This document shows, piece after piece, positions 44,536-58,274 of a DNA stretch of 64,000 nucleotides. A program made the position numbers and the translations under genes. Origin of the DNA: Azolla caroliniana. Taxonomy: Eukaryota > Plantae > Polypodiophyta. Within the stretch, counting starts at the first letter, position 1. The number at the start of each line of letters is the position of its first letter. The stretch spans positions 12,524,001-12,588,000 of the forward strand of contig JBHGNT010000013.1 in the NCBI GenBank assembly GCA_043228905.1, in the 5' to 3' direction. The notes under the pieces were generated by a model. It saw nothing but the letters and a program-made list of their open reading frames with translations. It was not told where the DNA came from and made no database searches.

Positions 44536-47500
44536 TAACTGTCATGGTTGTTCTCTTGTCTACATTCTTCGGCATCAGACCCTCACCATCTTACCCAACG
44601 ACTCCTGAACTTCTCTAAGACTCACGACTTACGCAACAAAAGAAGGAAAGCAACCATTGGGAGGCAAATTCATATTGCTCCTTTGCAACAACTATTCCAA
44701 CATGTTTGCTTTCTTTTCGAGACTAACTTTTTATCCATCATAGTTCATGTAAAGAAGTAGAAGCAGAAGAAATTAATGGTGGTGGTGGTTGGGGAGAAGG
44801 AAGGAGAAGGAATTGGAAGGGAAAAGAGAACGATTAATCACGAAATAGTGAAACTTACATATTCATGATAAGAAGAGATTTTATGTCTACACCATTGTCA
44901 TCAACGCCCAGGGAGCGATCCAATGAATTGGCTCCTGCTTCTCCTACGATTGACAATACTATTGATGTTCAATTGGCACTGGAGGATGTGCTCGTTGTCC
45001 TCAATGAAGTCAAATTCTTGGAGTAGTACTCAGTTGTTGCCCAAATCGTTGGAAAACAACCGAGTAGAGGGGATCTCTGTCATCTTCTTTGGGCAACATT
45101 AAAGGAGAAACTCGATAAGATTATTGATATACATCTGATGGGCCGAAGCCGCTATCATTTGGAGTTTGTAGAACATTCTTTTGTTTGTAATCGCCTTTCC
45201 ATTCAATCGGTAGACATTTCAGGTGCATGAGTTCTTTTTTTCCCATGGACCCATGGTTTTGATACGGCAGTTCTACAGGGCGGAGGCAACAGGATACTTT
45301 ACGTGTACTACTGTTTTTCTAGGCCTAGATAAGGAGTGGAGGGAGGTTCTTCACAAAATTGGAGCAACAATTAGAAGAGTTCTACATGTTAACTCATCTA
45401 CGTTTCTAATGGACATTGTAGAAAAAAGAGGAGCTCCGTCAATCAAGTTACTCTGTAAAAAGGATGCAGTTTTACCTAATTGGATGTGTCTTCTAAAGCT
45501 GCAAGGTAATATGTTTCAGAAAATTTAGAAAGTGCTTTATTTCAGTTTGCCTTACTAGTGTTTTTCTTGTAAAAAAATTGGCCATTTGGCAAAAATATAG
45601 TGCTGTCACTACTTTGTTGCCTCATGAAATTTAGCAAGAAAAGGCTTTTGATAAAGTGGGCAAGGGGAAAAGTGTTGATATGCTTTGCTCTAATCTCCCT
45701 CAATTTGCACTGTTGGAATATAGTATGGACACTTTGAGGCAAGATATAGGAATGTTGGTTTCTGCTCCATCTATGGAGATTATTCTAGTCATTCCCCCTC
45801 CCTTAGCATTGCTTGAATGTAGTATGGTCCTGATTGAAAGCCCTATTGATAGATTTTGTGGATCTTCTACTACTATCTTGGGTTTGGAATTGCATGAGTG
45901 GGAGAAATTAATTTTCAAATATGAAGTTACTGATTTGTGGCATATTCCTACTTTCTCTCACATGCCTAATTCTTTGTTGTATTCACGTTCCAATCGAAGA
46001 AGTGCTGCTCTCAATTTGTCTAGAATAGATACATTTTATGCAGATTCCTTTTTTTGGGATCGTGGAGGATATCTGGCTATTATATCGGGCACTTCGTTCT
46101 CCGATCATGCTCCAATTATGCTCAAATTTTGTATAGACAACCATACTTGTATTTCTCGATTGTACGTGCCAAGCTTTATTGTTGATGATGTGAATTTGCA
46201 ACATACAATTTTTTCACTTTGGAGAATGGTTGTAGGGGATTTTGATTGTCAGAAACTACAGAATGCTTTTCAAGTAGTTTCCAACTTCTTTATACAACAA
46301 GCTAAGTTAAAACAAAGTACTTACACTAGAAATTTTTTGAATGCTAAGAGAGGTTTGACTTCTCTTCAAATTTTGCAATAAAAACACCCTCATTCTCAAC
46401 ATATTCATTCTGAATTACAAAATGTTGTGATGCTTATAACTTCTTTGTAGCAAAAATGTGTTCAATTTTTTTTTCAAGCCTCTGCAACAAGATGGTGTGC
46501 AAAAGGTGACACCATGTCAAAAACAATTTCCAACATGTTATGCCTAAAAGCAATAAAATTCAGATTGTGCCGTTGAAAAGATCTGACGAAACTGTCACAA
46601 TGGATAGAGATGAAATGAGGCATATTGTAGCCGTTTATTATGAGTCATTTTTATCAGCAGATATTCCAAGTGCCGAAACTCTACAAATGCGCCAAAAAGT
46701 ATGGACTGCTACTACGGTTAAGATAACATCTCGGATATCACATCAACTTTTCCATCCATTTTCCTCCTTTGAAATATTGCAGGCTATCAAAGGTGTTGGG
46801 CCCGATGTGTGCCCGGGAGTAGATGGCATGGGGAGAGAATTTTTCATTACACATTGGGATTTGATTGCTGATGATTTACTTGCAACATTTCAAGAAATGT
46901 TCAATACAAGTATTTTGCCACAAATGTGGAAAGAGGGATTGATATGCCTCATTCCGAATGGTGATGTAGTTACGGATGAGGTTAAGGGTTGGCGCCCCAT
47001 TACTCTATTGAATACAATTTACAAAATTTATGCTAACTGTAGTGTAATTAGTAGAAAGGGCACTTGCCCTAGACTAGTTGGTATTTAAACCAACTCTTTT
47101 TAACTTAGTTACTGTTGGATGTAATCTTATTGTTTTTCCCTTGAATACAACTTCTTGCTCTCTCTCTTTGTCTCTCTCTCTACTCTCTCTCTATCTTGCC
47201 TTACGTGCATTCACACACACACACACAACTCGCTTCTGTTGTGCAACACCACCTATGTTTCTCCTTCTTTACACTAAGTTATTGGCTTTAAGATTACAAC
47301 CCTTTCTTTCGGATATTGTGCATGAATCTCACATGGGATTTATGCAAGAACGTAATATTTTTTATTATGTTTTTCTGTTCTGGGAATTAACAGGGATTGC
47401 AATGTAGAATAAAGAAGATCTTGCGGTACTTTTATTAGATTTTGAAAAGGCATATGACAAAGTTGATTGGAACTTCATGGAAGGTTCATTTTTGAGATTA

Positions 47501-49815
47501 GGTTTTCCTGTTCAATGGATTAAGGTTTTAGCTTTGTTGTATCGTGAGGCCTTTAGTTCAGTCTTGGTAGCTGATGGGCAAACTAGAAAATTCTCTATTT
47601 CGTGTTCTGTACGTCAAGGCTGTCCATTGGCCCCATTCCTATTTTTGCTAGTAATGGAAACATTTTCAATGTATTTAAATTCTTCTCAAGTTTCTCTGAA
47701 GGGTTTGTCTTTGCCTGCAATGCAATAACAATTGTTGGATTCAGAATTCACAAATGATACTATAATTTATGTCCAAGGTAATGACGATAATTTAAGTAAA
47801 TTGCAAGTAGTAGTGGAGGAATTCTGTTTAGCCTCTAGGCCAATGATAAATTGGCATAAATCTCTTGGTTTTTGGGTATCACAAAATTCATTGCCTACTA
47901 CTTGGATGCCTTCGCAAGAATTCAAGTGGGTTCTTGATGGAACCACTACTTGTTACTTAGGCTGCCAAGTGGGACTTCATGTTAATGTAGATATGTTAGT
48001 TGCTCCTCTACTTTCTAAATGTGTGTGTAGAGCTATGTTGTCAATGCAAGGTGGTTGGAGTCAGCTAATGAGGCATAGGTTGTCTACTATGTGTTCGACA
48101 ATATGTGGAATGTGGCAACCCTCATTAAGGTGGGCCTTTTTTGAGAATTTTCATTTGTTTAAAACAATCTTATCTTATAAGATAGATTTTTTAATGGAAT
48201 TCTGACAAGTTGGTCAACTGTTAAAAAGTTTGTGGTCCGGAAGATGCCTTTGACAACGGATGACTTGTTGAGACAACCTTTGACATGTATTTTTCTCTTC
48301 TCTAATGGAAGGGGTTTTTTGCTTTGGTAGTTGTCCTCGGCTGAATTGGGCTTCTTTGAATGTATTAATTGCAGGTAATGTTCTATCATGGGGATGCTAT
48401 GTTATGAATCAACCATTACAATTTTTGTCGATGCTTTTAGTTCAAGGGGGTGCTATTATGTGCAATGATATGCAAGTGGTATTGGGACAATTTATGGCTT
48501 CATGGTCCCCCCATAGCAATCAGATTTGGTTTGGTTACTTATCTCCTTTCAAAGTTATTTTAGGAGCTAAAGTAACTAACACTGCGAGTTATGCTATATA
48601 CTTTAATGTGGATGATGATGGTAGATTGTGGCATGTATTTTTTGGATCAGATGTGTGAATGTCCGCCAATGTTTCAACTATTCGAGTAGTTGCAAGATCT
48701 AGAAAAAAATGGTTTTTGGATCCACTCTTTCAAGAATTCTTGTGGTGTTGTTCATTGTGGGTTTTTTGAAAAAAGCCTTTTTACAATTTGGACTAGGATC
48801 CGGCTAATTATCAATGGTAAAAGTCGAGTGTTGGTGGAAATGGTAAACATTTGGAGTTTTCAAATATTCGGTTAAGCTAGGTAGAAATTTGTTCTTGCAA
48901 TCAAAGTGTAAATGCCCTATGGCCATGAATCATTGGATTGCAAATAATGTGCATGCATTGCAACTTACCAAATTTCGGAAATGGTTGTGGAGTATGTAGT
49001 TGCCGAAAAAAGTGATTTGTTTTCGTTGGCTGTTGATGCATTATGCTCTTCCTGTTGGTGATTGGTTGAGGCAAAATCAAGAATATTCTTGTGGAATGCA
49101 TTGTGGGGTATCTATGGATTCTTTTTTGCATGTGTTTTGTTTATGTCCCAGGATCAAGCAATTTTGGAGTAAGTTGTTTTTATTGCCGAGACAACATTAT
49201 TCTCGTTTTATTTTCTCGTGGGGTGCAATATTATGGGGTGTCCATGGAGATGTTATAAAGTATGAAAGTAGGCATGCTTCTCATGTCTTTCACTTTTCTC
49301 ATGGACACCTCTATCTCACCTCATTTCCATCTTCTATTCCACGGTTTAGAATTGAAAATCTAGTTATTTGGCATAGTATTACGTCATTAGCTCTTTCGAT
49401 AATATGGAAACTGAGATGTGATACCGTTTTCAATGCTGCTTACATACATCTCCACACCATGCTTATTGAATTCTGGCTGTTATTTGTCCATACACTATGT
49501 GGTCAATATGATGATCTGCAGGGTTCGACTGATGTTCTATGGCAACGTCAAGTGGCCTTTAAGAAACGATGGCAAGGGCTTCCATTATTTTCAGATACAA
49601 CTTTTGGTCTGAGGTGGAATTATGCCATACCTTCTTTTTGTTGCATAGCTCGTAGTTTTTGGTCCACTTGTTTCTTATATGATATCATCTATTTGATCAG
49701 ATGTTCGTATTAGCCTTTGTATCACAATAGAAGTGAGATGAAATGTCGTCTTTTGTTTTTTTTGTGTACATTTCTCAAGTAATATACTAAGGTGTATATT
49801 TCTTTTTAAAAAAAA
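44536..49815 (+). mobile_element. Near full-length degenerate L1-type LINE inserted in the Copia-2 integrase
   Basis: TSD ATGCACTTCTC at 44525-44535 and 49819-49829; A-tail 49808-49815; ORF1 knuckle CFSCKKIGHLAK (~45559); endonuclease SRID..SDHAPI; RT PGVDG, WRPITLLN, DFEKAYD, VRQGCPL; zf-RVT ~49000-49180. Confidence 0.92.
47038..47273. mobile_element. Short (236-bp) solo LTR inserted in the LINE RT
   Basis: TGTA...TACA ends; TSD CTAAC/CTAAG; removal restores ..IYKIYA-KLLALRL. Confidence 0.8.
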
Positions 49816-50279
49816 CGAATGCACTTCTCCGATTTGGGTCAAACTTCTGTTGCTTCTCATAAGGAATGTGCACGTATGCAATTGAGCCGAATATCATGAC
49901 GTCGAATAAGTCTCGACTCTTTTCATAGAACTTCTTGTGAGTTGTGTCCTCATGCACATGGATGCCGTACATCAATTCATTAGGTAGACGACTATGCATG
50001 CCGCTTCGGCCCAATATCACTTTGGCATATGTTTTTCGTTTGTTCAACATGGCCCTTGCTACCTCGAGAATGTGCTGATTTTTCCATTTGGCAATTCTAT
50101 CCTATTGTGGTGTATGTGGACACAAAAATTCTTACTGGATTCCATCTTGTCGAAGGTATGTCGTGAATGCCTTGGAAAAGTATTCTTAATCTTCGTCCAA
50201 CCGAAGACATCGTACATGCCAGCTTGTTGCCTTTTTTACTTCACTTTTGAACTTTTGAAAGTGTGTGAATACTTCGCTC

Positions 50280-52116
50280 TGTCATGATGACACTCACATT
50301 ATGCCTCGAAAGGATTTGAACCCACGACCTTGTTATACGCATGTCAAATCTGTTGAGAAATCGATGCGGAATAGATCACAATAAACGAACTACGCGCTGA
50401 AATACAAATTACAGAAAATATGCCAAGAAAAACAAGACAAGATAAACAGATGGTGCACAGAGATTTACGTGGAAACCCTAAAACGGGGAAAACCACGGGT
50501 GAACAAAATCTTAACTATACAAAGTGGATATACAACACCGAGAGGAATACAACACTATGTCGAGTGTATCAGCCGCAAAGGGCTCTTCGCGTCTGCTGTT
50601 CTCACACAGGTATGGCGCGGCTCACACTTCTCTATCTCACGCTCTCTTTCTCTTGCACACACAGTTCTCTACACATGCACATAAAGTTTGCCCTAATTGC
50701 ATATATACCTACACAAATTTTCTGGCTATTTACACATGTAGCCCTCATGGGGCACACACTTAGACTATTTACAAATATAGTCTCCCGAGTTGGCTATTTG
50801 CACGATTTCGGATTCTGTTTTTCGACTCTTCGACTGTCGGCTTTCCGAACAGTCGGATCATCCTCCCATAGGAGGGACATATCCCCAACAAAATCCTTAT
50901 CCATTGTAATAATATGTTTATATGTGTAGTTTTCAGAATATATAATCTAATATCATAAGAATATTCTATATTAATCTAGAATGACCTAGAATATTCTAGA
51001 GTGTTCTATATAAATCATCCCAAAACCAAATTGGTTCAACGCCATTCTATAGTTGTTTGTTGCCCACTTTTTGTAATCCATCTTATAGTGCAATATAATA
51101 CTTTCTTTTCAACTGTGTGTGTGTGTGTGTCTTAACACTATCTCTCCCTCCCTCTCTCTCTCTTTGTCTTGACAGTTTGAACCAAATTTTCATTTCTTCC
51201 TCTTCCACGAACCCTAAGAAGTTCTCTTCTTTCTTCTCCTCTCCCGTCGTAAGCTATGGAATCCGTGAGCAAACAGGAATAAATGTATGTTCTTTCTGAG
51301 CTTGACATGCTCATGAATAAATTTGTGGCATTAGAACATGAAAATCAAAGGCTACTTGGGGACCTACAACAAGTGAGTACTGAAAAAGCTCAACAATATG
51401 AAGAGTTATCACAACGGGTTCACCAACTTGAGACTACTATATTATCATTACGAGAACAAGTGTCGGGGGCTCAAAACTCCCCTAGTGAACCAAATATTAG
51501 CCTCCCCACCAAAGTTTGATGGTACGAGGTCTTTATTTCGAGGCTTTTTGAATCAAGTTCATTTGGTTATTCAGCTACATCCCAATCAATACCCAACTGA
51601 CGTTGCTCGTGTGGGATTAGTGGGAACCTTGCTATGTGGTACGACATTAGCATGGTTTGCACCACTTCTCGAGAAGAAATCACCATTGATGGAGGATTTC
51701 GAGGCATTTTTTAAGGAGTTTCAAGCTAGTTTCGGAGACACCGACATCACTAAGATGACGATAAACAAGATTCGAAGTCTCCAACAAGGAGATCGTCCCA
51801 CGTCACCTTACGCAGCTGATTTCCATCTCTTGGCATGCGATATCCCTTAGGATGAGGCGGCCTTAGTGGATCAATTCCATCAAGGTTTGTGTAATGATGT
51901 CAAAGATCTTCGTCTTAATTTCCATGAAGATTTGAAGTCTCCTATGGAGGCCATTAGTCGAGCCGTGCAATGTGATAATCGCCTATGTGAGTGACGTTCT
52001 GAGCGTCAACAAATGTTACACCACTTCTATAGTCGCAACGCCTCCACAAGTTTCAAGATCCATTACAAGGGATGGCACAACTCTGATGGAAATAGAGTCA
52101 ACACAATGTCGAGGGT
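50280..52116 (+). mobile_element. 5' part of a second Tcn1-like subfamily (LTR 50280-51174 plus degenerate gag)
   Basis: TGTCA..TGACA LTR followed by GTTTGAACCAA PBS; gag fragments 51283-52110 homologous to the 42718-43887 Gag. Confidence 0.88.
50351..50890 (-). mobile_element. Copia-type solo LTR (Copia-1 group)
   Basis: TGTTG...CAACA ends; TSD AAATC; ACGTGGAAACCC..GGGGAAAACCACG motif. Confidence 0.92.
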
Positions 52117-52800
52117 TGTAAAAGTGAATATTCTAAAGCTGAGACAAAACCGACTCTACCGTATAGCAACAAAATACAGACAGGTTTAATGGAACCTTAA
52201 AAATACATAGGACAGACAGAGAGATCAGAACAATAAAACTCAATTCGAATAATAACACTCTGTACATACAAATGTGCTCAGTGGGCACTTTTATACAAGT
52301 CCTTACACGGACTGACAAAAGTACTGACATGTACTACAACTCTCATAAGAGCGAGTGACACTAACTCCTAAAAATATGCCTATGTCCTAGGCTAGATTCG
52401 TAAGCCCCTAATGGCCTACCGGTTGCGATTCGATCCAGCTCCTGGTTCCGGATACCATCCGGCCACCAATCTGGTTCTTCGTTCTAGACTCTGATCCGGC
52501 TCTAGCTTGTTCAACCGATCTGGATCCGGTTGAGCTTGTCCGCTCAACACTCCCCCTCAAGCTCAACTTGAGGTCGGATCGCTGTGTATGTGTCTATGGT
52601 AGCTGGTCCTCTCCTCCGACTCCTCTTGGCGTCCTCCCACCGGGCTCGTGCTCCTCGTCTGGTCTGGTCCTTCTTTCCTCGACCCGTCCGATTTGGTGCT
52701 CCTCAACCTTCTTGGTTGGCTTGTGTGCTAAGAAGCCCCATCTCAGCTCCTTTGTTGTTGTGACTCTGGCGCATTGTTGCGCAAGAATTTGCCTCTCAAA
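52117..52800 (-). mobile_element. Copia-4: 3' LTR (52117-52549), PPT and 3' region of a Copia-3 relative
   Basis: Minus strand CAAGTTGAGCTTGAGGGGGAG|TGTTGAG is identical to the Copia-3 PPT/LTR junction. Confidence 0.8.
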
Positions 52801-54959
52801 AGTCTAGCACAATACATCTAGAAACACATAAGGCACATCATCGTAGGGCATCATAACAACATTTTTGAGTTTAAGAAAGACCAAATACACCGAAGCAGAT
52901 GAATGGGTATGCCAAAGACAATCAATGAAGAAACATGAGATAGGAAGATCTATATCGAGGGTTGATAATATTATATACATATAAATTCTCACTACATGAA
53001 AGCGGGTTTACAATATTTTATGATAATCATTCACGTACAACAAATAAGGGATTGGAAGTGACAAAGATATGTACCATAATCTATGAGAGAGAAAAGGAGA
53101 ATGAACATAGAGTATGTATTAGCAAGACGGATATAAAAACTCACACTACATCAAGAGAGATATTCTAAGGCTATTCTATTCTCAAGGCTTCTATACTCAT
53201 AATTATATACAATAGGGGCTTAATTATTAGTTCTTGCATGTATCTTGCCACGTGTCGCACATGTAACACTTCAACCACTTTCCTTTGCTTGCAAACCGAT
53301 AGATCTTCTATTTTGGGTATGAAGACACTTGATTCTATCCACGACCTCTTCTAGACATTTGTAGCACGTTGAGAAAGCTTTCCAAATAGTGTTTATTTAT
53401 TGAAATTCAATATTTCCTTGAAATATTACAACCAAAACATTGTCTGCCTATTGTAAAGGCACTCTTTGACTATGTCACATCAATTCATCTTGATTCTTCA
53501 AATCTACCTTCGATTAAAGCATCCACCATCATGCCTAAAGTGTCATAACCAGCTTGTGTCCATATTTTAGTATCTTTTAGCCACTTTGTTGAGCACAAGT
53601 AAAACAAAACACTTTGATATCGCCCCCTCCAAGTAAAGTTTTGATAAAGTCAAAGCTTTTTCTAGCGGAACACTAGTAAACTACCAATATCCTCTACATA
53701 TACCTTATCCTTGTCTTGAGCAGCAAATACCTAAAAAGAATTCACAAATATGTACAATTAAAAGTTTCATTCTTTGTACTTTAAGAAAGCATTGTCATTG
53801 AGGAGCTCATTATGCGTAAATGATATGGCTTTAATCTCACCCCATTGATGCTTTCTCTCATTAATGATCCAACCACACTCTTTAGCTCATATGTACCATT
53901 GGTAAACCTCTTGTGGATTACATAAGGTCCATCCCACTTATGCTTGAATTTTCTTTGAAAAGTCTTATCCAAGGAACTATTATATACTAAGACCAACATA
54001 CCCTCCATCAAGTTTTGTTTTCCTTGCTAGTGCTTGTTATCCCATCGTTGACACAAGTCTTCATAGAAATGTATTGCCTCATCTCTTTTCCAAAATAAAT
54101 CATGCATAGCTTCTTTTCGTATATCCATTTGAAATTCATCTTGCACTCCTAAACACTCCATCATTTGAACAGAACGAAACAACACATTTGCAGGCATCAT
54201 TGCATCCTCCCCAAAGTGGAAGGGAGTAAAACCTGTGGAAAGCTTATGTGTCATCCTACATGCCCATAGTGCTTTGTTCAACTCTTTATCCCCAACTCTG
54301 TGGATACAAGTCCAAAAGCTTGAACAATAGCTTCTGTATAGTCCCATTAAAGGCCCCCACCAATCCATTACATTGTGGGCGATATGGAGTAGCTTTTTTA
54401 TGTGCAATCTCCAAATGAGTTACCAAATCTTTAACAAAATCTCCTCTAAATTCAAGACCATTATCTGTAACTAACTCCAAAGGCACACCAAATCTACATA
54501 CTACTTGTTCAAAAACAAACTTTTCCATTTCTTTGCTTGTTGGAGTACGTGTAGCCCGTGCTTCTGGCCATCGTGAAACATATTCTATTGCTGACATAAT
54601 GTATACTTTGCCACTACTAGAACTAGGTAATGGCCCAATGATATCTAAACCCTACGTAGAGAATATCTTATAGCTAACAATCCTTCCTAGAGGTTCATGC
54701 ATTAAGCTTCTTTGTTGATATAATTAAAATTCGTGACATGATCTACACCAATGTACCACATCCCTATACATGGTTGGCCATGTTACTTGAGTTTGCATAA
54801 TCTTCCTTTTAGTATATTCTATTCCAAAATGGCCTCCACATCCTTTCTCATGACACATAGACAAACATTATTGAATCTCATCATGACATAATACACGTTT
54901 AAGCACCCCATCTACATCTTTCAAATAAAGATCATCATGTATTATCACATACCTTTGTG

Positions 54960-56062
54960 CACGATATGAGAGCTCTTTTCTAGCCCTTCCTGTCCTTAAA
55001 ACATACTCCTCTTCTAGGCTCTCTCAACCTTTATATGATGGAATATTTATAGCATGCACTCCCACTTCTTGGCTACTATCTTGCTTGCTAGTTCATGGGC
55101 CATTGCATTCTTATCTCTTCGGATATGCTAAAATGGACACTCCATGAACTGGCGTTGCAATTGCATTACTTGTTGGAGAAGGGGACAAAGACTAGTCTTT
55201 TGCACCTTCCACACCCCTTGCACTTGTCTTATAAGAAACAACGTATCTCCCTTTACCATCAAACTTCTAATTCCTTTTTCCAATCATACTTGTAAGGCAT
55301 GAATTAAGCTAAGATACTCAACCTCATTGTGACTATTCGCTTCAATGTGACCACTTCCACTTCATAACTCATGGCATTCTCTATTCATGAAAGCATATCC
55401 AATTCCTGCAATCTTTGTTTGTGCATGACACCTATGATATGGGAGCTCTTTTCTAGCCCTTACTATCCTTAAAACATATTCCTCCTCTTCTAGGCTCTCT
55501 CGACCTTTATATGATGGCATATTTATAGCATGCACTCTCACTTCTTGTGTTGTTATATTGCTTGTTATCTCATGATGTGTTATGGCAAGACGCCTATGAT
55601 ATGAGAGCTCTTTTCTAGCCCTTACTGTCCTTAAAACATATTCCTCCTCTTATACGCTCTTCTCGACCTTTATATGATTGCATATTTATAGCATCCACTC
55701 CCACTTCTTGGCTACTATCTCTTGCTTGCTAGCTCATGAGACCTTGCATTCTTATCTCTTAGTATATGCTAAAATGGACACTCCACGAACTGGCGTTGCA
55801 ATTGCATTACTTGTTGGAGAAGGGGACGAAGACTAGTCTTTTGCACCTTCCACACCCCCTGCACTTGTCTTATAATCAACAACGAATCTCCGTTCACCAT
55901 CAAACTTCTAATTCCTTTTTCCAAGCATACTTGTAAGGCATGAATTAAGCTAAGATACTCAACCTCATTGTGACTATTCGCTTCAATGTGACCACTTCCA
56001 CTCCATAACTCATGGCATTCTCTATTCACGAAAGCATATCCAATTCCTGCAATCTTTGTTTT
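54960..56062. repeat. Local tandem duplications in the Tat-like pol
   Basis: ~460-bp block at ~54960-55420 and ~55592-56062, plus a third partial ~145-bp copy at ~55430-55575. Confidence 0.8.
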
Positions 56063-56344
56063 TTGCTTAAAAGCACCATCAAAATATAATACCCCTTCAA
56101 ACATTTTCAACATTATTTTAGACTCATTGATTGGTTTGACATTAACATCTTTTACACTTTTTGTTGGCACAAGCTCCTTATAGGTAAGCAAATCTGCCAT
56201 CTTAGACCTAGTAGTTTCTTCTTTAATAAAACTTACTTCAAACTCTTGTATAATCATTATCCACCATTTCATACATGGGCTATCTCCTGGAAATCTTAAC
56301 ATATGAGGGAGCAAAGCACATGAAGATAAAACTATTGTGATTCA

Positions 56345-58077
56345 TGAAAGGACTACACACTTCGAAAACAATGCTCGGCCACAACCGAGTCTAGGATCAA
56401 ACACAGAAAAACGGGTACTATACACTATCGTGTGAATCTTCACACACTATGTAAAAAAATAATGAAATAATTATTATAGATTAGATTAGTAGCTTACTAT
56501 AGAAAGATGGATATATTCAAGAGCTTCAAAATGTATTTTACTATATACAAAATGGAGAAATACATATCAAGTTATATGAAAATAAAGTTTGAGAAGATAG
56601 GGAAATTAGAACTATCCCACATAGATAGGAAAGTTAAGGCCCTGGCTATATAAACACCTTGAGCTCCCTCATTTTTCATTTGTGCTAAGAGCACTTTGGC
56701 CACTTTGTCTTAATGGATGATGGTGGCCAAATTCCCTAAAACCGGAAATTGGCCGGTAAACAAATCCGGAAACCGGCCGGTAAGTAAATCCGAAAACCGG
56801 TTCGGTATGCAAATCCAGAAACCGGCCGGTAAGCAAAACCGAAACCAGATGGGATCAACCAACAAAGTAAAGTGAAGAGAACTAAAGTAAAGGCCATGTG
56901 GACGCAAGCAACTAAAGTTGGAGTGCATGCAAAAAGTAAAGGTCATGTGGATGGTCACATGCAACTAAAAGAAAAAGCTAGGCAACTAAAAGTAGAAAGG
57001 CTATGATCAAGGGAGAACTCTATATATATTCCATTTTTTTTCTTTCACTGGGAACTCTCCATATTATCTTCATTTTCTTTTCCTTCTCAACTCCCTTATC
57101 TTAGGAAAGCCATATCTCTCATAAACCCTAATCTTCCCTACGGATGCTATAACACTAAAAAACGTTAATCTTCCCTACGGAAGCCATAATACTCATATAA
57201 CCATAATCTCTTATGAAAGCCAAGAACCCTAAATCTCTATGGAATCCATATCTTAGTTTCTTCTAATCTATTATTCTAGTAATCTCCTTAAGATAAAACT
57301 TTTGTAATCCCAATCTTGGGATTGATTGTAATTTTTCTTTCTACTTGTTACTGAAATTTGTTAATCTTTCTCATTTCGGTTAATTCTTAGTACATAAATA
57401 CACGAATTTGATATCCTCTAGTCAAAGGCCCTGGGGTCTTGCCTCAACGTTCAAGTATCCTTGTCGTATTTCCGCGACAACGCACGACACAGTAAAGAGA
57501 AGAGTACATAGGATGTTTACGTGGAAAACCTAAACACGTGAAAAACCACTGCAGTCCACAAACTGCAAACTATCACTATGTTACAATTATACAATAGATG
57601 AACACAGAGGCAATGACCTCTTGTTCACTATCTTTGCCACAGGCGGCGGTTACAACAGAGACAACGTCCTCTTCGTCTCTCACTCTCTCTCTGTACACGG
57701 TTGCACTCAAATCTTGCACCAACAAGAATGACAACTACACTACACTAAGTTTGTCCTAAGTCATATTTATACTAATATGACTTTTCGGCTATTTACAAAT
57801 ATAGCCCTGATGGACTCTCAGAAACATATTTACGAATATGTCCCTTCATCCGGTGAGCATTTCTCACCGGGCCTTCATCATCCGACTCTTGCCGGGCACT
57901 CGTCATCCGGTTCTCACCGGGCCTTCCTTGCCGGGTACTCGTCATCCGGTTCTCACCGGGTCTTCCGTTACCGGGTACTCCACATCCAGTTTCGGCCTCG
58001 GCCTATCAGCCTTGGCTGAGTTTGCTCATCAACATTGTTCTTCTCACTTCCCATCCGGAGGGACTTGTTTCCTAACA
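56345..58077 (-). mobile_element. Copia-type solo LTR (Copia-1 group) interrupted by another solo LTR
   Basis: TG...CA ends; TSD ATTCA; TGCTCGGCCACAACCGAG and GAGGCAATGACCTC shared with Copia-1 LTRs; internal TCATCCGGTTCTCACCGGG repeats ~57845-57975. Confidence 0.85.
56426..57479 (+). mobile_element. Older solo LTR of the TGTCG...CGACA family
   Basis: Starts TATCGTG (decayed), ends CCGCGACA; TSD ACAC/ACGC; TTCAAGAGCTT..ACTATATA block shared with the 29592 LTR. Confidence 0.75.
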
Positions 58078-58274
58078 ATTCATCCTAACAAATACAACTT
58101 CCATTTTTGCAAGGAAAACACCAATGCCCATACAAGTTTTTCTTCTTGTGTCCAAGCCTCCTCTACCATTGACATCTTCCTACTAATATAATATATTGGA
58201 CACATATATGATTGCGTAATACCTATTTGAATTAATATTGCACCTATTGCTTCAACACCCACACAACTGCACAA

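Larger units (their letters stand above)
9385..50279 (-). mobile_element. Copia-2: old Ty1/Copia element that hosts most of the nest; 5' part not recovered
   Basis: 3' LTR 9385-9835 with PPT 9836-9847; RNase H/RT 9935-10636; RT 26349-26889 and 33625-33880; linker to 38663; INT 44467-44535 and 49819-50279. Pieces rejoin at the TSDs of the inserted elements. Confidence 0.85.
52803..58274 (-). mobile_element. Degenerate Tat-like Gypsy remnant (RNase H, additional RNase H, integrase; LTR-like region 52803-~53620)
   Basis: IYYISRK..EKLVWALVF (RH); LYFDGAF..NEVEY..GDSLLIIRQV (additional RH, 55769-56314); CRFGVPLELVTDNG..YRPQCNGLV and KWDGPY (INT); boundaries uncertain. Confidence 0.8.
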
